NCBI GenBank assembly: GCA_031835245.2
Contig: JAVKOQ020000026.1
Location: forward strand, 62,001-126,000
Source: Balamuthia mandrillaris
Taxonomy: Eukaryota
Reading direction: 5' to 3'
DNA length: 64,000 nucleotides
Positions 25,861-37,604 of this stretch are shown here, in pieces. The position numbers and the translations under genes were made by a program. Numbering within the stretch: position 1 is the first letter of the stretch; every line of letters begins with the position of its first letter. Below the pieces are notes generated by a model that had not been told where the DNA came from, did not search any database, and saw only the letters and a list, made by a program, of their open reading frames with translations.

Positions 25861-26219
25861 CTTTGTCTCTCTTTCTTCTTCTTCTTACTGTTTTTTTTTT
25901 AAAGAAAAACCCTTAGCCCATGCAGCTTGGCTCTCGCGTAGCACCACCAAGGAGAACGAAACGAAATGAATGAATGAAAAAAAAAAGAGGGACCAGCGGA
26001 AGAGGAGGAGGAGGGAAGGCAAGGAAGAACAGTGGTGTTCTCTACTCTTTTTCCTTTCGTTCTATTTTTATTGTAGTTGATTGGAAGGGTGCACGTTTTC
26101 CGCTGAATTGCTGCTGCCTTGCTACCTTTACGCTTTAAGGTATATTTTTCGCGTCCACAAAAACAGCTTGGCTTGAGCAGCTTTGTTGCACGATAGGATG
26201 GAGGGCGAGAGAGAAGAGG

Positions 26220-26345
26220 AGAGAGCAGAGAGGAGAGAGCAGAGAGGAGAGAGCAGAGAGCAGAGAGGAGAGAGCAGAGAGCAGAGAGCAGAGAGCAGAG
26301 AGCAGAGAGCAGAGAGCAGAGAGCAGAGAGCAGAGAGCAGAGAGC
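26220..26345. repeat. (GAGAGCA)n 7-bp tandem repeat
   Basis: Directly visible; intergenic. Confidence 0.9.
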
Positions 26346-26518
26346 AAAGGAGAGAGGAGAGAAGAGGAGGAAACAACGAAGGGCGCGGATGACCAAGCAG
26401 GAGCTTTTTATATGTTATTTTCGTACAAACCATCATCTACATTCCTTCTCCTAATGCAAAAAAACAAAAAAACAAAAAGAACCAAGAAAACCCTCTTCCT
26501 TTTTGTCCTCTTATCTCC

Positions 26519-28868
26519 TCAGTAACGAATGCCAGCAATCTCAACGGCGTTGCAAGTGTTGACCAAGTTGCTAGCCAGTCCCTCCGCACAGCGCACCAGC
26601 TGCGCTTTGATGGTGGGGTCGTTCTCCGCGCTGCCGGCCTTCACCGCCGTGATGACCTTCAGCTGGACGCTCATGTTGACGACAGCGCCAGCCACGCTCA
26701 ACACCTGATCGCGGAGGATGGGGTCCTTGCACTTGCCGGCGATCTCGTTGGTGTTGCGGTTGAGGTCCTTGACGTAATCAGCGATCTTGCGGGCGCACTC
26801 GATGGCCGTCTTCTTGTCCCCTTTGTTGGCGGCCTCGGAGAGCTTGATCATCTCCTCAGCGACGCGGCGAGAGGCAGCGTAGACGCGACCCTCGGGCGTG
26901 GACTCGTCAAACTCTCCCTTGAGGTCCAGCGCGTCGTGGACCTTGTTGGCGGCGTCGATCATGGCGTCGCCGGTGGGGGCGCGAGAGGTGGGTTGGGGAG
27001 CGGGGGTGGGAGGAGCCTGACCAAACTTGCCAGGGAAGGCATTGCGCAGGTCGGCGTTGGCTTCTTTGATGTTGTTGGTGATGTCGTCCAAGCGAGCTCT
27101 TGCTGCTCTGTCTATTTTTGTTTTGTGTGTTAGAAGAGAATGGGGGGAGGGAGAAGCAGAGAACGAAAGAACAAGACGCAACACCAAGTAAGTACCTTGC
27201 GGGTTAGCAATAGCATCTTCCACTGCTCTATCAAACAAAGGCTTCAGCTCGGCCAACCTCTTCCGGATGTCCGCCAAGCGTTTCTTCCAATACTCATCCT
27301 TAACCAATCCCTCCAACTCCTCCAGAAGCTCCAGCTCTCTCTGCAAATTTCTCTTGAGATCATTGGCAGCAGCTCTGGCTCCCACTCGGTCTCCTTTGTC
27401 CAGGGCGGCGCCCAAGCGGTCGATGGAGTCATCCACGGCGGCTGCAGCGGCGCGGAGTTCTTCCCATCGTGCAACTTCCGCGATGTCGTCGGCATAACGC
27501 CTGGCTTCGTCCAGGAGCTGTTGCAGCTTTCGTAATGCGTCTTTGTCTCCGGCTAAGGCCGCCTGTTAAAGTTCATTTGGTTGAGTTTTATACATTGTTG
27601 AGGGAGGGAGAAGAAGAAAAAGTATACCTTCACCAAAGGAACGAGTTGTTGTTGGATCCTCTCCAAGTTAGAAATAGCGTTTAACAATTTCTCTTTGAGA
27701 GCGGGATCTTCGCAGGTCTCAGCGATCCTTCTAGCAGCGGCTAAAGCTCCGTTGATCATTTGTAATGCCTTGGCGGCCTCTTGGGCCAAACGTTTAGCTG
27801 CAGCGTCATCCAAACGGTTGATGCCTTCCAACAATTTGGAATGAGCGAGTTCTAACGAGGGAAAAAGAGAAAGTAACGGATACAGAGAGTAAGTATTTGA
27901 GCATCAGCACGGAAGAAAAATGGATGCGAAGAAAGAGCATACGAAGTCCAGCAGCGGCATTTACAACGTTATAGAACTCGGCAGAGCTAGGCTCGCCGAT
28001 ATCAAAGTCGAGAGCATCAAACAGGGTCTTGCAAGAAAGCTTGGCAACTTCCACAATCTCGTTCAATGCGCCAGTTACCATCTCTGCAAGTTGTCTCTGT
28101 CGTCCTTGTACTGGTTGTTTTTTTTTTTAAAGAATGTTCAGTTGAGTGGACAGAGGTGACACACCAATGAAGCACCAACCTTGAGCATCGCCAGGATACT
28201 TGAGAACTTCTCCCATGGCCCTAACAAGGTCCGAAATGCCAGTCCTAAGGATCTGTACAGCGTCAGTGAGCCTCGATTTCATGATGGGGTCCGGCAACAT
28301 TCTGATTCTGGCATTAACGAGCTTTACAAGCTCCACCGCTTTCGCTGAGATACTTTTAGCAACATCCGTCACCTGGTTGTGTTGTTGAGTAAAAACGAAG
28401 AGGAGAGGAGAGATAGAGAAACGAACAAGAGAAGATAACAACAAAGAGAATAAACAAACCTGCTGAACGCGAGTAACAACAACGCCAGTGGCGCGTACAT
28501 CCTGCTGACAGGTCTCTGCAGCCTTGATGATCTTCAGCACATCATACTTGTCGGCCAAGTGCAGCTCTTGAACGGTGCCTTGCAGCACCTCTTTGGCAGT
28601 CTGCATAAGCTGCTTCTTTGCCTGCTGGTCGAATTGGTTCTTGGAGATGCTTTGAGCGGCGTTCGTGAGTCTCGATGTCTCTGCTTTAATCTTTCCTGCT
28701 GTGTCGTTCATCTTTTTTGTTTTTTATCCCAAAAATTTTTTGGGTGAGAAGAGAGAGAGAGAGAGAGAAAGAAAGAGAAAAGAGAGAGTGAAAGAGGGAG
28801 AGCGAGGGAGACGAGACAATCAGAGCGAGAAACAGTGACAGTCACAATGAGACACTGAGAGACAGAAG

Positions 28869-28922
<54 letters not shown>

Positions 28923-29359
28923 GAGGCGGATAGAAAAGAAAGGCCAATACAGAAGACCGAAAAAAGAGGAACAAGTAGTGAAGAACAAATATACTTTGGA
29001 TTGAATGTGAGGCTCATCTCCAAACTTTCTGGCCATGTCTTCGACCACATCAATCAGGCCATTCACCGTCACACGCACGGCCTCACAACCCTTAGCCACG
29101 TTGGGCAAAACAGTGTCATTGGTTTCTGTTTGTTGGGAAAAACACATTCGCCGAACAAACCAAAAAGAAAAAAGAAAATCAGATTCTCTGATGTAACGCT
29201 TCCAAGATTTTTTTTTTTTGTTTTCGTTGAGGGAGAGAAACAAAAAAAAAACAAAACGGCACCAGCTTCAAGAGCAAACACAACGAGCTGTGACACTGCA
29301 TCGGCCACAGACTCTATGACTTTGTCCATGCCCACATTTTCCGCTTGCGGCGCTTGCAT
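26519..29359 (-). CDS. Vinculin/alpha-catenin family protein; multi-exon
   Basis: N-terminal VIESVADAVSQLVV, AKEVLQGT..LADKYDVLKIIK head motifs; Pro-rich linker; tail KCKDPILRDQVL..VQLKVITAVKA. Confidence 0.85.
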
Positions 29360-29991
29360 CGCTTCTGCTACTTTGTTTTTCTTTTTTTTTTCGGGATACC
29401 AAAAGAAAGTAATTTTTTTTTGGTAGCCGTTAGGAATTCTTGTAGACACCAACAAATATTAAATGTCGACATTCGTAGCAGGCGGTGCACGTTAGGACGA
29501 CAAAATGAGCAGGTTTGAATGTCGACAACTGTTTATCAGCTCCTGGTGACAACAAAAGGAGCAGCTTCGGAGATGGTTGTAACTCCGTAAGACAGATTTG
29601 GTAAAGTTTAATTTTTTTAAAATCTGAATTTTACCATAAAGAGTGAAAATCGCATCAGTGGCTGTTGGAGCAACAGAAAAAACGGTACCAGTGGAAAGGC
29701 AAGAAGAAGGAGGAGGCGCAGGTTTTTTGGTTCGGTCAAGTAGGATGTGGTGATGATACTCCAGGTGTTGGACAGCCATTCGCCACAAACTCGCCCTGAA
29801 TCAACAGTAACTTGTATTGAACACGACGCACAGCAACAGCAAATATCGAGCCCGAGGAGAAACGAAAGCCATAAAGCGAAACCGCGAACTGCGCTTCAAA
29901 ACTCAGACGGAGTTGTCCATTAAATCAAGATAGTTAGTAGAACCAGAAGGCCCAGAAGAGAAACAAAGATTATATAGAAGAGGAAAGACAA

Positions 29992-32900
29992 ATGGAGAAA
30001 GAGAAAGAGACCAGCAAGAAAAAAAAGTCAGGAGGAGGAAACCCGAAACCAATGCTCAGCAGAAGCAGAAGCTTGCAAAGCATGAAAGGGGCCTACCTCT
30101 TGGCCAAAAAATCTGCCGCTCCCAACAACAATGGTAATGCAACCACCTCAGCGCCGCATACATCAGCAACCACAACCCCAATCTCACCCGCGCCTGCCGT
30201 CGCCACTCCCACAACAGAAGCGCGCGGCAAGAAGAAACGCTCTGCCACCACCAAGGAGAAAAAGAAAGTGCAGAAAAAGAAAGACAAAGACAAGGACAAG
30301 GACAGCGTCCATCAAAACGTTGATGCTACTGCAACCACAGAACCACCTGAACTAAAGACTTCTTCCCCAACTAGCCCCCGAAGAAAGAAAGGCTTTGGAA
30401 GATCCCCAGATATCCAGGCAAACAACGCACTCCCGAGGGCTCACTCCCTTCAAGTTTTCAGCGGCAGCATTTCCGCACCAGAAGATGATGACGATCCTCT
30501 TCTTCAACCGAGACACTCAACCTCAGGAGGAGGCAGTCTCAAAAGCAAAGTGCCGGTGAGTCGCCCCTCGGTGGTTCCCTCTTTGACGGATTTGTCTCCC
30601 AGCAAATCCGCTTCACCAAGAACACCATCAGCAACGGCGCTGGTGAGCCCTCGCAACAGCCCTCGCCATCAACAATATTTGCCCCCTCCTCCTCAGAAAC
30701 CTCCTCCTCTAGAACTCCCTGCTTTCTCTGCCGCCAATTCAGGACCTTCACTTTCCCAAACGAAGCAACAAACGTCCCCAACGACCCCACCAACCGTTGT
30801 ACCAGGCTCTCCGACTTCGTCTCCTCGTTGTTCTCCTCGTTCTCCTCCATCTTCTGCGTTGGGGTCTTCATCTACCTCCTCTCCCCGCTCTCCTCACTCT
30901 CGTTCTGCTCATGCGAGTGACTCTCACATAAAACGAGTACCTCCTTCTCCTAAATCACGAAGCGACGAGTCGGTTCGTGGGGGAGCCGCGACTACAACCA
31001 CTAGTACTGACAACAACGATCAAGAAGTTGACTTGGTTTTCTTGCCTAGCATCTCGGCGCAAGCATTGCCCCCTCCATTGAGCCTGGCAAGCCTGGACAT
31101 ACTTCCTCCACCGTCAAGTGTTCCTCCACCATCCTCTGCTTCTCATTTATCAACGCAAGGGGGAACTGGTGGAGGAACAGGGTCACCCAGGTCGTCTTCA
31201 CCATCGTTATCTACTCCGTTATCATCTGTTTCTTCTTCTATTCCTCCATCGTCGCCGATTTCGTTTTCTCCATCAAGTGTTGCGACAAAGTCGCCAAGAG
31301 AAAGAGGAGTTTCTCTTCCGCCGGTTCTTATTCGAAACAATTCTTCAGATGTTTACCATTCTCCCCCACTTTCGCATTCCCTCCCTCACTCGTCCTCCTC
31401 TTCATCCTTGACCCCTTCCTCTTCCATTCCACCATCTTCTCCTTCCAAACGAGACCGAAAAGAAAAGAGAGAGAAGAAAGAACACCGAAAGAAGGATCGT
31501 AGCCATAGCTTAAATGTGACGTCTTTGTCTTCATCTTCGAGTTCTGGTGAAAGATCTTCTAAAAGAAAAGGAAGTGGTTCCTCTGCTTCGCCAACTGGCT
31601 CTCCTTCTCCGTTGGTATGCAGCAGGACATTGCGGAGAGGCTCCAAATCAGAAATCCACAAAGAGGCACTACCTTCTTCGTTGCTGTCCTCCTCCCCTCC
31701 GTCCTTTCCTTCTTCTCTCTCCTGTTCTGCGCTTTCTTCCTCGTCATGTGCTCCTTCGGCTTCTTCTCTTTCTTCCTCGACTAACTCCTCACCTCCGCAC
31801 ACTCCAACTCTCTCCAACTCTTCTTCTGAATCAACAACTGTTGCCGAGGAAAGAACGATAACCGAAGAAGAACATTCAGAACAAGAGGCATCATCCAAAC
31901 TGTCTTCATCCACTTCATCGCTCCCTTCTTTGTCGCCGTCTTCTTCTCCTCCAACTTCATCCTTGTCAACCTCTGGCTCTTCCATTTCAACCACAGCAGC
32001 TGCCAGCACTGCCAACATTCCCGACAAGCGCGAGCGAACTCGAAAGGAGGCCATCAACGAGATCGTCAACACGGAGCGAGACTACGTGCGAGACATGCAG
32101 CTCGTCATTCAGGTCTTTCTCGCTCCGCTCAAGGAAAAGCAGCTGATGGAGCCCCAGAAGCTATCCACCATTTTCAGCAACGTGGAGCTGCTGGTCGGCG
32201 TCAACGAGGAGATGCTCAAGAGCTTCGACAGAACAGCGCACAAGGACCAGGAGGAAATGATCGGAGATACTTTTCTTTCTGTGGTGGGTTGTCTCTTTTC
32301 TTTTTTGTTCATTATGTAGGTTTAACGTACCCTGTTTTCGATGGATGTTGCGGCAGATGCATTACTTCAAAATGTACACGGTGTATTGCTCCAACCAACC
32401 ATTGGCGCTGAAGACACTTGCGGAGATGAAGCAAACCAATCGCCCTTTTGTACAATTTTTGCAGGTTTGTTCTATACTTCTCCTATGTATCGTTTAGTCG
32501 CTACAGTTGCCTCAAAACCTGTCCGTTTGTATCTTTCTTTTTCATGACAGGAATGCATCGACAATCCAGCATGCAGAGGTCTCGACCTCTTCAGTTATCT
32601 CATCAAACCTGTCCAGCGCATATGTAAATATCCACTTCTATTGAGGGTAAGGCTTTCTCTCTCACCTTCAAAGCTTAGTATTCATAATATAAACTCTCCT
32701 TTGTTTTGTGGCAGACCTTGTTGGAGGTCACGCAGGAAACCCATAAGGACTACCGCAACCTGAAAAAGGCGGAGGAGGACATGGAGAAGCTGGTGCAATA
32801 CGTCAACGAAGGCAACCGTGAGGCTGAGAATCGCCAAAAGATTCTTGAACTCCAAAACTCTATTGATGGAGGAGACGTTAGTATATCACCCCTTGTGCCA

Positions 32901-34302
32901 GCTTCATTCTTAATGCTGATGCGGAAAAAAAAAAAACAGACTCTAGGCTTGGTTCAACCAACAAGAAGATATTTAATGGAAGAATCGTTAGACGTGTGCA
33001 AGAACGGAAAGCGAAGCAAGAGCAAGGATCTGCAGAGAAGATGTGTTCTTTTTAACGACATGCTTTTGCTTCTTAAGGTCAGAAAGGAAGGCTATATAGC
33101 TCCTGTGCAGATCGACCTCAGCAATGAACACATCAAACTGTTTGATGTTGGAGATACTGAAAGTATGTTTCTGCGTTCTTCTTCTTTCTTTATGCGTCTG
33201 ACAATGATTGGTCTTTGAACAGAGATCAAAAATGCGTTTGACTTGAAGGACGTAAAGAGAAAAAAGATGTTTACTTTCTGCTTCCCGTCTGCGCAGATGA
33301 AGAGCCAATGGCTGAAAGCAATTAAGTCCATCATTAATACTCACCAGATGAAACGTTTCATGCGTACGTTTATATGCTTGTTGCCTTTGTCTCAACGCCA
33401 CCTCTAACCACTTGAAAACAGAGGCTGAAGAACAGGCACAGCACGAAAAGGTAGAACGAGAACAATTTCAATTGTTACAACAACAGCACAATTCAGTTAC
33501 ATTCGGGGCAGCCGAAAGTAACGCAGCAAGAGCCGTCGGCTTTGCAGTATCCGACCTCAAAGATGCGAACAGCGTTCTCAAACAATCCTCCTCTTCTTCA
33601 GCTTTATCCTCATCGGCCATATCATCACAACCAGAGAACAGTTCCTCATCTGTGGAAATCCCCGATACCAGCAACAAGATTCCAGCTGCGGTGACGGTCA
33701 ATAAAAGAGCCAAGTTCCAACGCAGTATGAGTTTGAATAGCATGCAAAACATGAAAATAGAGAACACGAAGAAAGCTTCGACAACTCCAACTGGAGGAGA
33801 GGAGCAACCACAGCAACCTCCCACACCTTCGTCATCGACAAAAAGAACTCCCCGTGCACAGTATTCCCAAGACGAAATAGCTGCTGCCGCTTCATCCTCT
33901 GGCAAACACAGTTCTGTGAACAACAAACAGACAGGAGAGAAGAAAGCTCGGGTGCTTTCTCCGCGACAAGAATCTTCTCCTTCAATGTTTGCTCCAACGT
34001 CACCGAGAAATAAGAGCACGCCCCTCTCTCCAAGAGAACGTAATAGCTGCAATAGCAAAGAACGTTGCGAAAGACGGGACAGCAAAGAGGAAAGGAAACG
34101 TGCAAACAAAACGAAGGACAGCGCCAGCAAGGTGAAAGAGCAGGACCAAGAGAAGAAGTATGACAAATTAGTAGACGAGGCAGTCGGCGAAGGAGATAAA
34201 CCAGAGGAGGTGGAAGCGAGAGTAGAAGAACCAAGGGAAGAGGAAGGGAAACCTGGGGAAGCATTAACGGACCAAGACCCCATCTTGGTGAATGCTTCTT
34301 AG
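29992..34302 (+). CDS. Rho guanine-nucleotide exchange factor (DH-PH) with S/P-rich extensions; multi-exon
   Basis: EIVNTERDYVRDM, IFSNVE, FKMYTVYCSNQ, LIKPVQRICKYPLLL, VNEGNRE; PH-like VLFNDMLLL and QWLKAI. Confidence 0.9.
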
Positions 34303-34351
34303 TCTTACGATATTTTGTGTTTTTTAACTTGTACCAAAATAAAATTGTATT

Positions 34352-34580
34352 CGTGCATTCGAGTTTATTGACTAAGGCGGCGCCACGATCAAGCCGATCC
34401 ATGGGACAACGAAAATAAAGCAAAATTAGTAAAAGGAAAACAAAAAACAGAGAAACAAAAAATAACCCACCTCCGGCGTGCCTAATCACGGCTTGTCTTA
34501 CGACTCGCTATAAGCAACGGTGCCGGCACCAAAGCAACCTTACCGCCTACCGCCCCCTCACAGAGGAGGAGGAGGAGGTG
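34352..34580 (-). ncRNA. Putative Fanzor omegaRNA: scaffold ~34580-34471, predicted intron 34470-34372, guide from flank 34371-~34352
   Basis: GC-rich hairpin cluster overlapping and following the ORF stop, the position expected for TnpB/Fanzor omegaRNAs; boundaries are inferred. Confidence 0.6.
34372..34430 (+). repeat. Terminal inverted repeat, Fanzor 3' (omegaRNA) side
   Basis: CTAAGGCGGCGCCACGATCAAGCCGATCCATGGGACAACGAAAA..TTAGT aligns with the reverse complement of 36066-36126. Confidence 0.88.
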
Positions 34581-35518
34581 GTAAGTGCTTGCAACGTAAA
34601 AAAGCGGATCAAGATGTTTCGGGCGGCGTTGGCATCTCGATCGGCCTGGTAGCCACACTCGGGTTGAGGGCACCGAAAGGTCTTGTTTCCCCCCAACTGG
34701 TGGTGGACTTGGCCGCACTTGCCGCAGGTTTTGGAGGTGTATTCCTCATCGCAGAGGCAGACCGTACAGGACGGAAATTGCTGGGCCTTGTTGAGGAGCC
34801 TCTGCCTGAAGCGATAGTGGGACCAGGTCAGCATGGCTCTGGCCGTTCGCGAGCCAATGCGGCGGTGGCCTCGCCGCACCATCTGCTGGCTCCTGAACTC
34901 TGGCAGAAGGATGAGGGAGAAGTTCTTGACCAACCAAAACACGAGCTTTTTGTGGAGGTCATCCACCAGGTTGCGGATCCTCTGGCGAAGCCGAGCAGCG
35001 GCCCTTCGGAGACGGCGCCGTTGCCTGTGGTTGCCCTTGGTGCCCTTACTCTGCATGCGATCCAGGCGGTGGCACAGCTTGCCTATCTCGTTGATGTCCG
35101 CTTTGCCCCACTCGGTGACCTCCCCGCAGCCGTTGTAGGTGGTCATGAATGTGCGCACTCCTGGATCCAAGGCGATGATGCCTGCCTCTCTCCTTCGGTG
35201 CTCACGGGCTTGGCTCTCGCCCATGAGCTTCAAAGGCTGAGGCACACAGAGGTAGTAATGGCCCAGTCGAGTGTCCTTCACCAGACGAACGGCATAGAGC
35301 ACCTCCGACGGAACTTTGTAGTTCTTGTCCCTCGCTTTGATTCGCGCCTCCCCGAAGAAGAGTTGGCGGATGGACTTGCTGTGGTTCCACTCCCTGGCTT
35401 GGATGCTGAGAGACTGGCTCTTGTCCTTCCGACCACGGAACTTCATCTTGAATCCAGTCCTGCCCGCCGCCAAGCTGGTTTTCACGCCGTTGAAGAAAAA
35501 GTTCGAGGAAAATTCCAT
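34547..35518 (-). CDS. Fanzor2 (IS607-derived TnpB-like) RNA-guided endonuclease, apparently N-terminally truncated (323 aa from first in-frame ATG; frame open to ~35830)
   Basis: FKMKFRGRK, RuvC-I IIALDPGVRTF, LVDDLHKKLVFWL, ILLPEF, MLTWSHYRFRQRL, rearranged RuvC-II CDEEYTSKTC, zinc finger CGKC..CPQPEC, RuvC-III DRDANAARNI. Confidence 0.92.
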   Translation of the reverse strand: MEFSSNFFFNGVKTSLAAGRTGFKMKFRGRKDKSQSLSIQAREWNHSKSIRQLFFGEARIKARDKNYKVPSEVLYAVRLVKDTRLGHYYLCVPQPLKLMGESQAREHRRREAGIIALDPGVRTFMTTYNGCGEVTEWGKADINEIGKLCHRLDRMQSKGTKGNHRQRRRLRRAAARLRQRIRNLVDDLHKKLVFWLVKNFSLILLPEFRSQQMVRRGHRRIGSRTARAMLTWSHYRFRQRLLNKAQQFPSCTVCLCDEEYTSKTCGKCGQVHHQLGGNKTFRCPQPECGYQADRDANAARNILIRFFTLQALTTSSSSSVRGR

Positions 35519-36030
35519 TATTTCCCGCCAATGAGCATGTTTCCAGCAGCGTTGTGGAAGAGGCGCACAGAGGTTCGTGATGCTGTTCTTTTTTAAACAA
35601 AAGAAATCATTAGTGAGTGGTTGGTAACAAATTTTTTTTCCATCATCAAAAAATGTAGTGAGCGAGCAGAGAAAAAAGAACGCTACCTTTTCAATCGGAG
35701 CAGTGCCCCTGCCTGCGGCTGAACCGCTTCGGTTTCCACCTCTGCCTCCTTCCGCTGGTTTCCTCCTTGTGTAGTAGAAGCGTAGCAATGAGAAATACGG
35801 TGGTGCGTGGAGCTTCGTGGATGTGTGTGTCTGTGTGTTTACTTTTGAAAAGAAAGAAATGAAAAGAAAAGAAGAGAAGAAAAGAAAACGAGTAGCAGAA
35901 AAGTGTCAAGGCGAATGGCGAGTACCAAAAGTTTATTGGCGGCAGCAGCAGCATGAGCATCCATTCCGTACACCCCACCCCACACCCCAATCCACCACTT
36001 TGCCTTCAGAGACGTGGGAGAAGGAAGGGT

Positions 36031-36060
36031 TGTTTTGGCGGGAAACATGCTCATTGGCCC
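36031..36060 (-). promoter_or_regulatory. E2F-like site (TTTCCCGCCAA) plus CCAAT box inside the transposon 5' end; related copies at 35521-35544 and 57558-57587
   Basis: TTGGCGGGAAACATGCTCATTGGC matches the E2F consensus TTTSSCGC and CCAAT. Confidence 0.45.
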
Positions 36061-36065
36061 AAAAG

Positions 36066-36126
36066 ACTAATGTCGTGATTTCTTTTTTCGTTGTCCTTAG
36101 ATCTTATGATCTTTGCGCCGCCTTAG
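36066..36126 (-). repeat. Terminal inverted repeat, Fanzor 5' side
   Basis: Reverse complement reads CTAAGGCGGCGCAAAGATCATAAGATCTAAGGACAACGAAAA..TTAGT. Confidence 0.88.
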
Positions 36127-36470
36127 TTTATTGACCGTGTTTACTTCTCCCTATTCTCTATCACCCTTTCGTTCTTCTTCCCTTTCTGCTGCTTCACTAC
36201 TCTCCTGATGTACTCGTTTGTCGACAGTGGCTACTTCTGTATTCGCTGAAGTGGGACAAGTGACCACTGGGCAAAGCTCTTCGTTCTCCCTGTCGCCTTT
36301 CCTTTCTCTTTCAGTTAATCTGCTCTGTGCCCTCCTCCCTTTTGTTGCTCCTCCGCCTCTCTCTTTCTCTTCTCTTTGTCGTGTGATTGTTGCAACCGGA
36401 AACAAACGAAACGATATTGGTTATCATGTGTTTTCTTATGTTCAAAAGTGTATACAAGGGTAAAACAAAC

Positions 36471-37604
<1,134 letters not shown>

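Larger units (their letters stand above)
34372..36126 (-). mobile_element. Non-autonomous TIR DNA transposon carrying Fanzor2 (1755 bp)
   Basis: Terminal CTAAGGCGGCGC / GCGCCGCCTTAG perfect over 12 bp, extending as an imperfect IR of ~60 bp; flanked by direct repeat TTTATTGA (34364-34371, 36127-36134); no transposase ORF seen. Confidence 0.9.

Noticed and set aside
34520..35596. 358-aa plus-strand ORF antisense to Fanzor
   Set aside because: Shadow ORF of a GC-rich coding strand with no recognisable motifs.
35520..36060. IS607 serine recombinase or DDE transposase upstream of Fanzor
   Set aside because: No YARVS-type or DDE motifs in any frame, and the space is too short.
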